Origin: Nemertoderma westbladi
Taxonomy: Eukaryota; Animalia; Xenacoelomorpha
NCBI GenBank assembly: GCA_032718475.1
Contig: JAUCBJ010004844.1
Span: 1-49,640, forward strand
DNA length: 49,640 nt
Reading direction: 5' to 3'
Below the pieces are notes generated by a model. The model was not told the DNA's origin. It did not search any database and worked only from the letters and a program-made list of their open reading frames with translations. Below, piece after piece: positions 24,426-39,008 of the stretch (positions are counted from its first letter, which is position 1; the number at the start of each line of letters is the position of its first letter). Made by a program: the position numbers and the translations under genes.

Positions 24426-24463
24426 ATGCTATCTTCTTACCGGGAAGATAGCATGGGGGGGAG
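24426..24463 (+). promoter_or_regulatory. Polypurine tract (GGGGGGGAG) preceded by a perfect 11-bp hairpin
   Basis: ATGCTATCTTC-TTACCGG-GAAGATAGCAT, then G7AG immediately before the TG of the 3' LTR. Confidence 0.8.
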
Positions 24464-24992
24464 TGTTAGCTTATCCAATTCCGCTAACACAAACCCATAG
24501 AGTGAGCCATAAAGCAATATTGGGAGCCTATTGTCAGCCCAGTAAACGGGGACAATAGGCCCCAAAGGAGACACACACAATAAGGGTCAGGGGTTACTCC
24601 CCTGACAAGAGAGAGAACAGCAAGGGCGAAGGGAAGCACTTCAGAGGGGGGCAAAGGGTGCCAACAGGGGTATCAACCAATCAGAGGGGGGAAAGGCATC
24701 GATTGAGTAGCAATAAGGCCACCGTGCAATATAACCAGTTACCAGTAATCATACCGGTCAGTTATTCAGTTTACTCAGTCAGATCAGTAGGGTGGAACGG
24801 GGACTTCTGTCACCGTCCGCTACCGCCATTATATATTACCTATTGTGTCATACTATAGTTATATCAACTGTCAGACTATTATACCTTTATACATATTACC
24901 CAACATCAGAACTCTTTTACCTTTCACACACGGCGGGGACGCGTGGGCAGAAAACCCAAACGGATAAACCGGGATCCGTAGATCCCATCACA
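24464..24992 (+). repeat. 3' LTR (529 bp)
   Basis: Direct repeat of 17909-18436, followed by the TSD GTATC. Confidence 0.93.
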
Positions 24993-26950
24993 GTATCGAT
25001 ATTAAAAAGGTTATTGATATTGGTATAGATATTGGTTATTGATATTGGTTATTGGTATCGATATTGGTTATTGATATTGGAATCGATATTGGGTATTGAT
25101 ATTGATATTGGTTATTGTTTATTGGTTATTGATATTGGTTATTGATATTAGTTATTGGTATCGATATTGGTTATTGATATTGGTTATTGGTTATTGATAT
25201 TAGTTATTGGTATCGATATTGGTTATTGATATTGGTTATTGATATTGATTATTGATATTGATTATTGGTTAGTGGTTATTGATATTGGTTATTGGTATCG
25301 ATATTGGTTATTGATATTGGTTATTGATATTGGTTATTGATATTGGTTATTGATATTGGTTATTGGTATCGATATTGGTTATTGATTATTGGTTATTGAT
25401 ATTGGTTATTGGTATCGATATTAAAAAGGTTATTGATATTGGTATAGATATTGGTTATTGATATTGGTTATTGGTATCGATATTGGTTATTGATATTGGA
25501 ATCGATATTGTGTATTGATATTGATATTGGTTATTGTTTATTGGTTATTGATATTGGTTATTGATATTGGTTATTGATATTGGTTATTGATATTGGTTAT
25601 TGATATTGGTTATTGATATTGGTTATTGATATTGGTTATTGGTATCGATATTGGTTATTGATTATTGGTTATTGATATTAGTTATTGGTATCGATATTGG
25701 TTATTGATATTGGTTATTGGTTATTGATATTAGTTATTGGTATCGATATTGGTTATTGATATTGGTTATTGATATTGATTATTGGTTAGTGGTTATTGAT
25801 ATTGGTTATTGGTATCGATATTGGTTATTGATATTGGTTATTGATATTGGTTATTGATATTGGTTATTGGTTATTGATATTGGTTATTGATATCGATATT
25901 GGTTATTGATATTGGTTATTGATATTGGTTATTGGTTAGTGGTTATTGATATTGGTTATTGGTATCAATATTGGTTATTGATATTGGTTATTGATATTGT
26001 TTATTGGTTATTGGTTATTGATATTGGTTATTGGTATCGATATTGGTTATTGATATTGGTATCGATATTAAAAAGGTTATTGATATTGGTATAGATATTG
26101 GTTATTGATATTGGTTATTGGTATCGATATTGGTTATTGATATTGGAATCAATATTGGGTATTGATATTGATATTGGTTATTGTTTATTGGTTATTGATA
26201 TTGGTTATTGATATTAGTTATTGGTATCGATATTGGTTATTGATATTGGTTATTGGTTATTGATATTAGTTATTGGTATCGATATTGGTTATTGATATTG
26301 GTTATTGATATTGATTATTGGTTAGTGGTTATTGATATTGGTTATTGGTATCGATATTGGTTATTGATATTGGTTATTGATATTGGTTATTGATATTGGT
26401 TATTGATATTGGTTATTGGTTATTGATATTGGTTATTGGTATCGATATTGGTTATTGATATTGGTTATTGATATTGGTTATTGGTTAGTGGTTATTGATA
26501 TTGGTTATTGGTATCAATATTGGTTATTGATATTGGTTATTGATATTGTTTATTGGTTATTGGTTATTGATATTGGTTATTGGTATCGATATTGTTTATT
26601 GATATTGATATTGGTTATTGATATTGGTTATTGATATTGGTTATTGGTTATTGATATTGGTTATTGGTATCGATATTGGTTATTGATATTGGTTATTGGA
26701 TATTGGTTATTGATATTGGTTATTGGTGTCGATATTGGTTATTTATATTGGTTATTGATATTGATTATTGGTTATTGGTTATTGATATTGGCTATTGGTA
26801 TCGATATTGGTTATTGATATTGGTTATTGATATTGGTTATTGGTTATTGGATATTGGTTATTGACATTTGTTATTGGTATCGATATTGGTTATTGATATT
26901 GGTTATTGATATTGGTTATTGATATTGATTATTGGTTATTGATATTGGCT
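24993..26950. repeat. (ATTGGTTATTGAT)n microsatellite, right part
   Basis: Resumes in register after the TSD. Matches 30864-32820 at an offset of about 5871. Confidence 0.95.
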
Positions 26951-29553
26951 TTTGAATTGACATTTTGACATGTAATTTTGCCAAAATGTCACTTTCGAAT
27001 TGACATTTTGACATGTCATTTTGCCAAAATGTCATTTGGCCAAAATGTCACTTTCGAATTGACATTTTGACATGTCATTTTGCCAAATATCACTTTCGAA
27101 TTGACATTTTGACATGTCATTTTGCCAAATATCACTTTCGAATTGACATTTTGACATGTCATTTTGCCAAAATGTCACTTTCGAATTGACATTTTGTCAT
27201 GTCATTTTGCCAAAATGTCATTTTGCCAAAATGTCACTTTCAAATTGACATTTTGACATGTCATTTTGCCAAAATGTCACTTTCGAATTGACATTTTGCC
27301 AAAATGTCATTTTGCCAAAATGTCATTTTGCCAAAATGTCACTTTCAAATTGACATTTTGACATGTCATTTTGCCAAAATGTCACTTTCAAATTGACATT
27401 TTGACATGTCATTTTGCCAAATATCACTTTCGAATTGACATTTTGACATGTCATTTTGCCAAAATGTCACTTTCGAATTGACATTTTGTCATGTCATTTT
27501 GCCAAAATGTCATTTTGCCAAAATGTCACTTTCAAATTGACATTTTGACATGTCATTTTGCCAAAATGTCACTTTCGAATTGACATTTTGCCAAAATGTC
27601 ATTTTGCCAAAATGTCATTTTGCCAAAATGTCACTTTCAAATTGACATTTTGACATGTCATTTTGCCAAAATGTCACTTTCAAATTGACATTTTGACATG
27701 TCATTTTGCCACAATGTCAATGTGTCAATATGTCATTTTGCCAAAATGTCACTTTCAAATTGACATTTTGACATGTCATTTTGCCAAAATGTCATTTTGC
27801 CAAAATGTCACTTTCAAATTGACATTTTGACATGTCATTTTGCCAAAATGTCACTTTCAAATTGACATTTTGACATGTCATTTTGCCACAATGTCAATGT
27901 GTCAATATGTCACTTTCAAATTGACATTTTGACATGTCATTTTGCCAAAATGTCACTTTCGAATTGACATTTTGACATGTCATTTTGCCAAAATGTCATT
28001 TTGCCAAAATGTCACTTTTAAATTGACATTTTGACATGTTATTTTGCCAAAATGTCACTTTCGAATTGACATTTTGACGTGTTATTTTGCCAAAATGCCA
28101 CTTTCGAATTGACATTTTGACATGTCATTTTGCCAAAATGTCACTTTCAAATTGACATTTTGACATGTCATTTTGCCAAAATGTCACTTTCGAATTGACA
28201 TTTTGACGTGTCATTTTGCCAAAATGTCATTTTCAAGTTGACATTTTGACATGTCATTTTGCCAAAATGTCACTTTCGAATTGACATTTTGACGTGTTAT
28301 TTTGCCAAAATGCCACTTTCGAATTGACATTTTGACATGTCATTTTGCCAAAATGTCATTTTGCCAAAATGCCACTTTCAAATTGACATTTTGACATGTC
28401 ATTTTGCCAAAATGTCACTTTCGAATTGACATTTTGTCATGTCATTTTGTCAAAATGTCACTTTCAAGTTGACATTTTGACATGTCATTTTACCAAAGTG
28501 TCACTTTCGAATTGACATTTTGACATGTCATTTTGTCAAAATGTCACTTTCAAATTGACATTTTGACATGTCATTTTGCCAAAATGTCACTTTCGAATTG
28601 ACATTTTGACATGTCATTTTGCCAAAATGTCAATGTGTCAATATGTCACTTTCAAATTGACATTTTGACATGTCATTTTGCCAAAATGTCACTTTCGAAT
28701 TGACATTTTGACATGTCATTTTGCCAAAATGTCATTTTGCCAAAATGTCACTTTTAAATTGACATTTTGACATGTCATTTTGCCAAAATGTCACTTTCGA
28801 ATTGACATTTTGACGTGTTATTTTGCCAAAATGCCACTTTCGAATTGACATTTTGACATGTCATTTTGCCAAAATGTCACTTTCAAATTGACATTTTGAC
28901 ATGTCATTTTGCCAAAATGTCACTTTCGAATTGACATTTTGACGTGTCATTTTGCCAAAATGTCATTTTCAAGTTGACATTTTGACATGTCATTTTGCCA
29001 AAATGTCACTTTCGAATTGACATTTTGACGTGTTATTTTGCCAAAATGCCACTTTCGAATTGACATTTTGACATGTCATTTTGCCAAAATGTCATTTTGC
29101 CAAAATGCCACTTTCAAATTGACATTTTGACATGTCATTTTGCCAAAATGTCACTTTCGAATTGACATTTTGTCATGTCATTTTGTCAAAATGTCACTTT
29201 CAAGTTGACATTTTGACATGTCATTTTACCAAAGTGTCACTTTCGAATTGACATTTTGACATGTCATTTTGTCAAAATGTCACTTTCAAATTGACATTTT
29301 GACATGTCATTTTGCCAAAATGTCACTTTCGAATTGACATTTTGACATGTCATTTTGCCAAAATGTCAATGTGTCAATATGTCACTTTCAAATTGACATT
29401 TTGACATGTCATTTTGCCAAAATGTCACTTTCGAATTGACATTTTGACATGTCATTTTGCCAAAATGTCATTTTGCCAAAATGTCACTTTTAAATTGACA
29501 TTTTGACATGTCATTTTGCCAAAATGTCACTTTCGAATTGACATTTTGACGTG
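26951..29553. repeat. 43-bp palindromic satellite, array C1 (truncated by a duplication junction)
   Basis: Same unit. Ends abruptly at GACGTG|TTTAAATACTAAC, where the sequence of 16372 onward restarts. Confidence 0.95.
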
Positions 29554-29951
29554 TTTAAATACTAACTTTCTCCCCACCATTGAACTAATGGTAGCGTTTG
29601 AACGAATGAGAATTCTTCCTGGCTAAAATGACATCATGGTTAATGACTGAGCGTGGCTTAGAAACCACTAGTGTATTCTGAAAATAATGAAAACTTTGGC
29701 GGCCTGTAACTTTGGTTGACGTGGATGAAATTGGCTGATTTTAAGTTCATTAGAATTAGCGTAATTTTATCTTTCTATTCATATTAAGTACTAATTAAAA
29801 CGAACTAGAATAACCTTATTTGAAATTATAGTTATAATAACATAGTTGATACAATGGATCAAACGGGCCAGCAGGGGTATGTATGGTAATTGCCTATGCA
29901 TTGCGGCTAAATGCCATGGTATGTATCATTATGTAAATGCTTGTGAAATGA

Positions 29952-32820
29952 TACTGGTATCGGTATCGGTAAATTGATATCGACATTGATTATTGATATT
30001 GGCATCGATATTGGTTATTGTAATTGGTATCGATATTGGTTATTTATATTGGTTATGGATATTGGTTATTGGTTATTGGTTATTGATATTGGTTATTGGT
30101 GTCGATATTGGTTATTGATATTGGTTATTGATATTGATTATTGGTTAGTGGTTATTGATATTGGTTATTGGTATCGATATTGGTTATTGATATTGGTTAT
30201 TGATATTGGTTATTGATATTGGTTATTGGTATCGATATTGGTTATTGATTATTGGTTATTGATATTGGTTATTGGTATCGATATTAAAAAGGTTATTGAT
30301 ATTGGTATAGATATTGGTTATTGATATTGGTTATTGGTATCGATATTGGTTATTGATATTGGAATCGATATTGTGTATTGATATTGATATTGGTTATTGT
30401 TTATTGGTTATTGATATTGGTTATTGATATTGGTTATTGGTATCGATATTGGTTATTGATATTGAATATTGGTTATTGGTTATTGATATTGGTTATTGAT
30501 ATTGATTATTGGTTAGTGGTTATTGATATTGGTTATTGGTATCGATATTGGTTATTGATATTGGTTATTGATATTGGTTATTGATATTGGTTATTGATAT
30601 TGGTGATTGGTTATTGATATTGGTTATTTATATTGGTTATTGATATTGATTATTGGTATAGATATTGGTTATTTATATTGGTTATTGGTATCGATATTGG
30701 TTATTTATATTGGTTATTGATATTGAATATTGGTTATTGGTTATTGATATTGGTTATTGGTATCGATATTGGTTATTGATATTGGTTATTGATATTGATT
30801 ATTGGTTATTGATTATTGGTTATTGATATTGGTTATTGGTATCGATATTGGTTATTGATATTGGTATCGATATTAAAAAGGTTATTGATATTGGTATAGA
30901 TATTGGTTATTGATATTGGTTATTGGTATCGATATTGGTTATTGATATTGGAATCGATATTGGGTATTGATATTGATATTGGTTATTGTTTATTGGTTAT
31001 TGATATTGGTTATTGATATTAGTTATTGGTATCGATATTGGTTATTGATATTGGTTATTGGTTATTGATATTAGTTATTGGTATCGATATTGGTTATTGA
31101 TATTGGTTATTGATATTGATTATTGATATTGATTATTGGTTAGTGGTTATTGATATTGGTTATTGGTATCGATATTGGTTATTGATATTGGTTATTGATA
31201 TTGGTTATTGATATTGGTTATTGATATTGGTTATTGGTATCGATATTGGTTATTGATTATTGGTTATTGATATTGGTTATTGGTATCGATATTAAAAAGG
31301 TTATTGATATTGGTATAGATATTGGTTATTGATATTGGTTATTGGTATCGATATTGGTTATTGATATTGGAATCGATATTGTGTATTGATATTGATATTG
31401 GTTATTGTTTATTGGTTATTGATATTGGTTATTGATATTGGTTATTGATATTGGTTATTGATATTGGTTATTGATATTGGTTATTGATATTGGTTATTGA
31501 TATTGGTTATTGGTATCGATATTGGTTATTGATTATTGGTTATTGATATTAGTTATTGGTATCGATATTGGTTATTGATATTGGTTATTGGTTATTGATA
31601 TTAGTTATTGGTATCGATATTGGTTATTGATATTGGTTATTGATATTGATTATTGGTTAGTGGTTATTGATATTGGTTATTGGTATCGATATTGGTTATT
31701 GATATTGGTTATTGATATTGGTTATTGATATTGGTTATTGGTTATTGATATTGGTTATTGATATCGATATTGGTTATTGATATTGGTTATTGATATTGGT
31801 TATTGGTTAGTGGTTATTGATATTGGTTATTGGTATCAATATTGGTTATTGATATTGGTTATTGATATTGTTTATTGGTTATTGGTTATTGATATTGGTT
31901 ATTGGTATCGATATTGGTTATTGATATTGGTATCGATATTAAAAAGGTTATTGATATTGGTATAGATATTGGTTATTGATATTGGTTATTGGTATCGATA
32001 TTGGTTATTGATATTGGAATCAATATTGGGTATTGATATTGATATTGGTTATTGTTTATTGGTTATTGATATTGGTTATTGATATTAGTTATTGGTATCG
32101 ATATTGGTTATTGATATTGGTTATTGGTTATTGATATTAGTTATTGGTATCGATATTGGTTATTGATATTGGTTATTGATATTGATTATTGGTTAGTGGT
32201 TATTGATATTGGTTATTGGTATCGATATTGGTTATTGATATTGGTTATTGATATTGGTTATTGATATTGGTTATTGATATTGGTTATTGGTTATTGATAT
32301 TGGTTATTGGTATCGATATTGGTTATTGATATTGGTTATTGATATTGGTTATTGGTTAGTGGTTATTGATATTGGTTATTGGTATCAATATTGGTTATTG
32401 ATATTGGTTATTGATATTGTTTATTGGTTATTGGTTATTGATATTGGTTATTGGTATCGATATTGTTTATTGATATTGATATTGGTTATTGATATTGGTT
32501 ATTGATATTGGTTATTGGTTATTGATATTGGTTATTGGTATCGATATTGGTTATTGATATTGGTTATTGGATATTGGTTATTGATATTGGTTATTGGTGT
32601 CGATATTGGTTATTTATATTGGTTATTGATATTGATTATTGGTTATTGGTTATTGATATTGGCTATTGGTATCGATATTGGTTATTGATATTGGTTATTG
32701 ATATTGGTTATTGGTTATTGGATATTGGTTATTGACATTTGTTATTGGTATCGATATTGGTTATTGATATTGGTTATTGATATTGGTTATTGATATTGAT
32801 TATTGGTTATTGATATTGGC
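29952..32820. repeat. (ATTGGTTATTGAT)n microsatellite, uninterrupted copy
   Basis: As above. Single GTATC at 30864-30868 in the context TTG-GTATC-GATATTAAAAAGG. Confidence 0.95.
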
Positions 32821-35350
32821 TTTTGAATTGACATTTTGACATGTCATTTTGCCAAAATGTCACTTTCGAATTGACATTTTGACATGTCATTTTGCCAAAA
32901 TGTCATTTGGCCAAAATGTCACTTTCGAATTGACATTTTGACATGTCATTTTGCCAAATATCACTTTCGAATTGACATTTTGACATGTCATTTTGCCAAA
33001 TATCACTTTCGAATTGACATTTTGACATGTCATTTTGCCAAAATGTCACTTTCGAATTGACATTTTGTCATGTCATTTTGCCAAAATGTCATTTTGCCAA
33101 AATGTCACTTTCAAATTGACATTTTGACATGTCATTTTGCCAAAATGTCACTTTCGAATTGACATTTTGCCAAAATGTCATTTTGCCAAAATGTCATTTT
33201 GCCAAAATGTCACTTTCAAATTGACATTTTGACATGTCATTTTGCCAAAATGTCACTTTCAAATTGACATTTTGACATGTCATTTTGCCATATATCACTT
33301 TCGAATTGACATTTTGACATGTCATTTTGCCAAAATGTCACTTTCGAATTGACATTTTGTCATGTCATTTTGCCAAAATGTCATTTTGCCAAAATGTCAC
33401 TTTCAAATTGACATTTTGACATGTCATTTTGCCAAAATGTCACTTTCGAATTGACATTTTGCCAAAATGTCATTTTGCCAAAATGTCATTTTGCCAAAAT
33501 GTCACTTTCAAATTGACATTTTGACATGTCATTTTGCCAAAATGTCACTTTCAAATTGACATTTTGACATGTCATTTTGCCACAATGTCAATGTGTCAAT
33601 ATGTCATTTTGCCAAAATGTCACTTTCAAATTGACATTTTGACATGTCATTTTGCCAAAATGTCATTTTGCCAAAATGTCACTTTCAAATTGACATTTTG
33701 ACATGTCATTTTGCCAAAATGTCACTTTCAAATTGACATTTTGACATGTCATTTTGCCACAATGTCAATGTGTCAATATGTCACTTTCAAATTGACATTT
33801 TGACATGTCATTTTGCCAAAATGTCACTTTCGAATTGACATTTTGACATGTCATTTTGCCAAAATGTCATTTTGCCAAAATGTCACTTTTAAATTGACAT
33901 TTTGACATGTTATTTTGCCAAAATGTCACTTTCGAATTGACATTTTGACGTGTTATTTTGCCAAAATGCCACTTTCGAATTGACATTTTGACATGTCATT
34001 TTGCCAAAATGTCACTTTCAAATTGACATTTTGACATGTCATTTTGCCAAAATGTCACTTTCGAATTGACATTTTGACGTGTCATTTTGCCAAAATGTCA
34101 TTTTCAAGTTGACATTTTGACATGTCATTTTGCCAAAATGTCACTTTCGAATTGACATTTTGACGTGTTATTTTGCCAAAATGCCACTTTCGAATTGACA
34201 TTTTGACATGTCATTTTGCCAAAATGTCATTTTGCCAAAATGCCACTTTCAAATTGACATTTTGACATGTCATTTTGCCAAAATGTCACTTTCGAATTGA
34301 CATTTTGTCATGTCATTTTGTCAAAATGTCACTTTCAAGTTGACATTTTGACATGTCATTTTACCAAAGTGTCACTTTCGAATTGACATTTTGACATGTC
34401 ATTTTGTCAAAATGTCACTTTCAAATTGACATTTTGACATGTCATTTTGCCAAAATGTCACTTTCGAATTGACATTTTGACATGTCATTTTGCCAAAATG
34501 TCAATGTGTCAATATGTCACTTTCAAATTGACATTTTGACATGTCATTTTGCCAAAATGTCACTTTCGAATTGACATTTTGACATGTCATTTTGCCAAAA
34601 TGTCATTTTGCCAAAATGTCACTTTTAAATTGACATTTTGACATGTCATTTTGCCAAAATGTCACTTTCGAATTGACATTTTGACGTGTTATTTTGCCAA
34701 AATGCCACTTTCGAATTGACATTTTGACATGTCATTTTGCCAAAATGTCACTTTCAAATTGACATTTTGACATGTCATTTTGCCAAAATGTCACTTTCGA
34801 ATTGACATTTTGACGTGTCATTTTGCCAAAATGTCATTTTCAAGTTGACATTTTGACATGTCATTTTGCCAAAATGTCACTTTCGAATTGACATTTTGAC
34901 GTGTTATTTTGCCAAAATGCCACTTTCGAATTGACATTTTGAAATGTCATTTTGCCAAAATGTCATTTTGCCAAAATGTCACTTTCAAATTGACATTTTG
35001 ACATGTCATTTTGCCAAAATTTCACTTTCAAATTGACATTTTGACATGTCATTTTGCCAAAATGTCACTTTCGAATTGACATTTTGACGTGTCATTTTGC
35101 CAAAATGTCATTTTCAAGTTGACATTTTGACATGTCATTTTGCCAAAATGTCACTTTCGAATTGACATTTTGACGTGTTATTTTGCCAAAATGCCACTTT
35201 CAAATTGACATTGACATGTCAATTTGCCAAAATGTCACTTTCGAATTGACATTTTGACATGTCATTTAGCCAAAATGTCACTTTCGAATTGACATTTTGA
35301 CATGTCATTTTGTCAAAATTTCATTTCAAAATTGCGATTTTGACTTGTCA
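32821..35350. repeat. 43-bp palindromic satellite, array C2
   Basis: Same unit and same terminal junction into the 200-bp repeat. Confidence 0.95.
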
Positions 35351-36960
35351 TATTTTAGGAGATTTAAGGTATTTTTTCTTGAAAAAGCATACAAAACTAT
35401 TCGCAGTCCGTTTCTGTAACATTTAGAGAAAAGTTAACTTGTGATATTTCTTTTAGTGTTAAATTAACCGCAGATTCCAAATACAGTAACCGTTTATACA
35501 TATGATTTGTAGTTCTCGCGATATTTGGGTTCAAACACAACGTTTTTTGATATTTTATGAGATTTTAGGTATTCTTTATTGAAAAAGCAGACATAACTTT
35601 TCTGAGTCCGTTTCTGTAACATTTAGAGAAAAGTTCACTTGTGATACTTCTTTTAGTGTTAAATTAACAGCAGATTCCAAATACAGTAAGCGTTTTTACA
35701 TATGATTTGTAGTTCTCGCGATATTTGGGTTCAAACACAACGTTTTTTGATATTTTATGAGATTTTAGGTATTTTTTATTGAAAAAGCAGACATAACTTT
35801 TCTGAGTCCGTTTCTGTAACATTTCGAGAAAAGTTCACTTGTGATACTTCTTTTAGTGTTAAATTAACAGCAGATTCCAAATACAGTAAGCGTTTTTACA
35901 TATGATTTGTAGTTCTCGCGATATTTGGGTTCAAACACAACGTTTTTTGATATTTTATGAGATTTTAGGTATTTTTTATTGAAAAAGCAGACATAACTTT
36001 TCTGAGTCCGTTTCTGTAACATTTAGAGAAAAGTTCACTTGTGATACTTCTTTTAGTGTTAAATTAACAGCAGATTCCAAATACAGTACCGGTAAGCGTT
36101 TTTACATATGATTTGTAGTTCTCGCGATATTTGGGTTCAAACACAACGTTTTTTGATATTTTGTGAGATTTTAGGTATTTTTTATTGAAAAAGCAGACAT
36201 AACTATTCCCAGTCCGTTTCTATAACATTTAGTGAAAAGTTCACTTGTGATACTTCTTTTAGTGTTAAATTAACAGCAGATTCCAAATACAGTAAGCGTT
36301 TTTACATATGATTTGTAGTTCTCGCGATATTTGGGTTCAAACACAACGTTTTTTGATATTTTATGAGATTTTAGGTATTTTTTATTGAAAAAGCAGACAT
36401 AACTTTTCTGAGTCCGTTTCTGTAACATTTAGAGAAAAGTTCACTTGTGATACTTCTTTTAGTGTTAAATTAACAGCAGATTCCAAATACAGTAAGCGTT
36501 TTTACATATGATTTGTAGTTCTCGCGATATTTGGGTTCAAACACAACGTTTTTTGATATTTTGTGAGATTTTAGGTATTTTTTATTGAAAAAGCAGACAT
36601 AACTTTTCTGAGTCCGTTTCTGTAACATTTAGTGAAAAGTTCACTTGTGATACTTCTTTTAGTGTTAAATTAACAGCAGATTCCAAATACAGTAAGCGTT
36701 TTTACATATGATTTGTAGTTCTCGCGATATTTGGGTTCAAACACAACGTTTTTTGATATTTTGTGAGATTTTAGGTATTTTTTATTGAAAAAGCAGACAT
36801 AACTATTCCCAGTCCGTTTCTATAACATTTAGTGAAAAGTTCACTTGTGATACCTCTTTTAGTGTTAAATTAACCGCAGATTCCAAATACAGTAACCGTT
36901 TTTAAATATATTTTGTTCTTATGAAGATATTGGGGTTCAAACAAAACGTCTTTGAGATGA
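35348..36960. repeat. 200-bp tandem repeat, about 8 copies, array C
   Basis: Marker recurs at about 35429, 35629, 35829 and 36029, then shifts by a small insertion (AGTACCGGTAAG near 36086). Confidence 0.95.
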
Positions 36961-38068
36961 ATTCGAAAAAATACAGTTATGTAACTTGGATAAGAATTAA
37001 TAATTATTTGTAATGTCAACAACTGATATAAACCAAATATTTGAAACACACAGTTATATAACTTAATATCAGTTCAGTTAAAAACAGTTAAATCACCATT
37101 ATTGTGTCCATAATTAATTAATTAGTTCTAATTAATATAAATTATCAATCGCGAGTGACCAATACATATTGATTTTTCAACATGGTAGAAACCCATCCCT
37201 AGGCAGTGTGTGGAGTATTAGCGGCATTGTTCATCATCATGCGGCGTTCAATGTAGTCTGTCCTAAAAAAAATATTAACAATAATTCAGATAGATCAATT
37301 AATTAGTACAAACTAATAGTAATAGTATCTTGACTTATAGTTTTAAAACATATTTATATTGCGTATAATTTACACAATATAATTTATAAATATCTTCCCA
37401 AAACTAAGAACTAGAAATATTATCGGAACCTCTACAACAGTTTTATTAAACGGCCGTCGTCATATCCAGAACATCAAACTTTCTTATAAGCGACTTGTAA
37501 TTGAATTGAATCCAGACCGTAAATGAATTTCTCCAACACAATGAATGTTGTATTATTGTGATTTCATAAGTTTCTCTGTATCGTCTATAGCGGTGGGGCT
37601 ACGGCAATATAACAATCCTTGAGTTCTTATTGGTCAGCAACAACTGGGATGGGGGGGGGGGGGGGGGGGGTGAAGTCAAGAATTAATTGATTTCGTAAAA
37701 AAAAAAGTTAAATTAATGGATAAATAAATATTGTTCTTTATAAAAACAAATGTAACTAGCGTTCTAATTAACGAAATTTAGTGATTTTTAGCTCATTTAA
37801 AAGCCACACATTTCAGCATTATAAATATGTTAATAGATCGTATTGAAACTCAATGGAAGTTACTGTTTAATCCATTCCATTCAATTCATTCCATTACATT
37901 AACTCGCTTCCTATTGCGTGCCACGGCATTCAATTCACACAATTTGTAGGCTATAATAATCCTGAGTTGAACTGTATTGTTATATTATTGCTACAGAGAG
38001 TTTAAATGTATTTTAATAACATGACGTGATGTAATGTTATTAAATTAATAATAATAATTAAAACAATT

Positions 38069-38467
38069 ATGTTTGACCTTATTAAAGTTGGTGTGGTTGG
38101 TGTTTCTGGAAGCGGAAAGACAACATTAATTGATAACCTAACGAGTTGTAATAGAAAACGTAGTACCGAGATCCTTCCTACGGAATATGGGGCAATCATT
38201 AAAAATAGATTTAGTGATTCCATCGAATTATGGGATATCCCAGATTTGGACACCGGAATACAAAGTTTCGACAACAAGTTGGATTCAAACGTTACAGATA
38301 TGACGTCATACCATTTATGTCTTGTGTTCGGTAGTCATCGTTTTCGTCTGGAGGATTATCACTGGATCAAATCGGCCGGTTTCAATAAAGTAATTTACGT
38401 TCGTAGTAAATTTGATTTGGATTTGGATTCTCAGAAAGACGTTAATCGTGTCTCTATTGGTTTAGAG
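38069..38467 (+). CDS. Exon 1 of a triple-domain IRG/IIGP-like GTPase (N-terminal part of G domain 1)
   Basis: ATG at 38069, 133 codons to a phase-0 donor GAG|GTTAGT. Motifs GVSGSGKT, LWDIPD, HRFRLED, YVRSKFD. Confidence 0.8.
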
Positions 38468-38646
38468 GTTAGTTTATGGTGGAATTTTTGGTGGAAATGT
38501 TTTATAATTCTCAAATTAGTAACATTAATTTGTCAAGTTTTTTAGTACTTTTAGTACCGTTACTTTAGTTAAAAGGGTTAGTTTTCAGTTGGCTGCGCTT
38601 AAAAAGTAATTAAATAAAATTACACTCAAATTAAGTTGCCAATTTA

Positions 38647-39008
38647 CAGGGTTGCCACTCAACAGGAAAAGTTAGCATTGTCAGAATTATAATAATTGTT
38701 TCCATGGAATTAACCAGGAAATGGTCCGGGGTTCGATATACCGGTACATAACTTTACGTTTCGTTGGCGCGGCTGGCCATGTAACTTCCATACACCATAA
38801 ACGGTGACTCAAAGTTCAACTTGGTACTGAATTATATAGGTACACTATATTGGCTCGCATGTCTTTTGTCAGTCATTGGTATAATGTTGTTTTAATTTAC
38901 CGATATATTATTAAATATTAAAATTTGTCAGGGTATTTTTTCAAATAGTCAGGAAAGTGTCAGAGAGAGGACAAGGAAAATTGCTACTGAAATAGGGTGG
39001 CATCCCTG
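38647..39008. mobile_element. MITE-like element in the intron, copy C
   Basis: CAGGGTTGCCAC ... GTGGCATCCCTG, TA flanks. Confidence 0.7.

Larger units (their letters stand above)
17909..24992 (+). mobile_element. Non-autonomous gag-only LTR retrotransposon, BEL/Pao-like
   Basis: Direct LTRs TGTTAG...TCACA, 5-bp TSD GTATC (17904-17908 and 24993-24997), polypurine tract before the 3' LTR, single Gag-like ORF, no PR/RT/RH/IN motifs. Uninterrupted site is seen in the duplicate at 30864-30868. Confidence 0.92.
29554..35350 (+). repeat. Tandem duplicate of 16372-29553 lacking the LTR element
   Basis: About 390 bp of unique lead (16372-16760 matches 29554-29950, with a ~12-bp indel), then the same variant order in the 13-bp and 43-bp arrays. 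Confidence 0.9.

Noticed and set aside
16780-32735. Short IDIGYW-type ORFs
   Set aside because: Translations of the 13-bp microsatellite.
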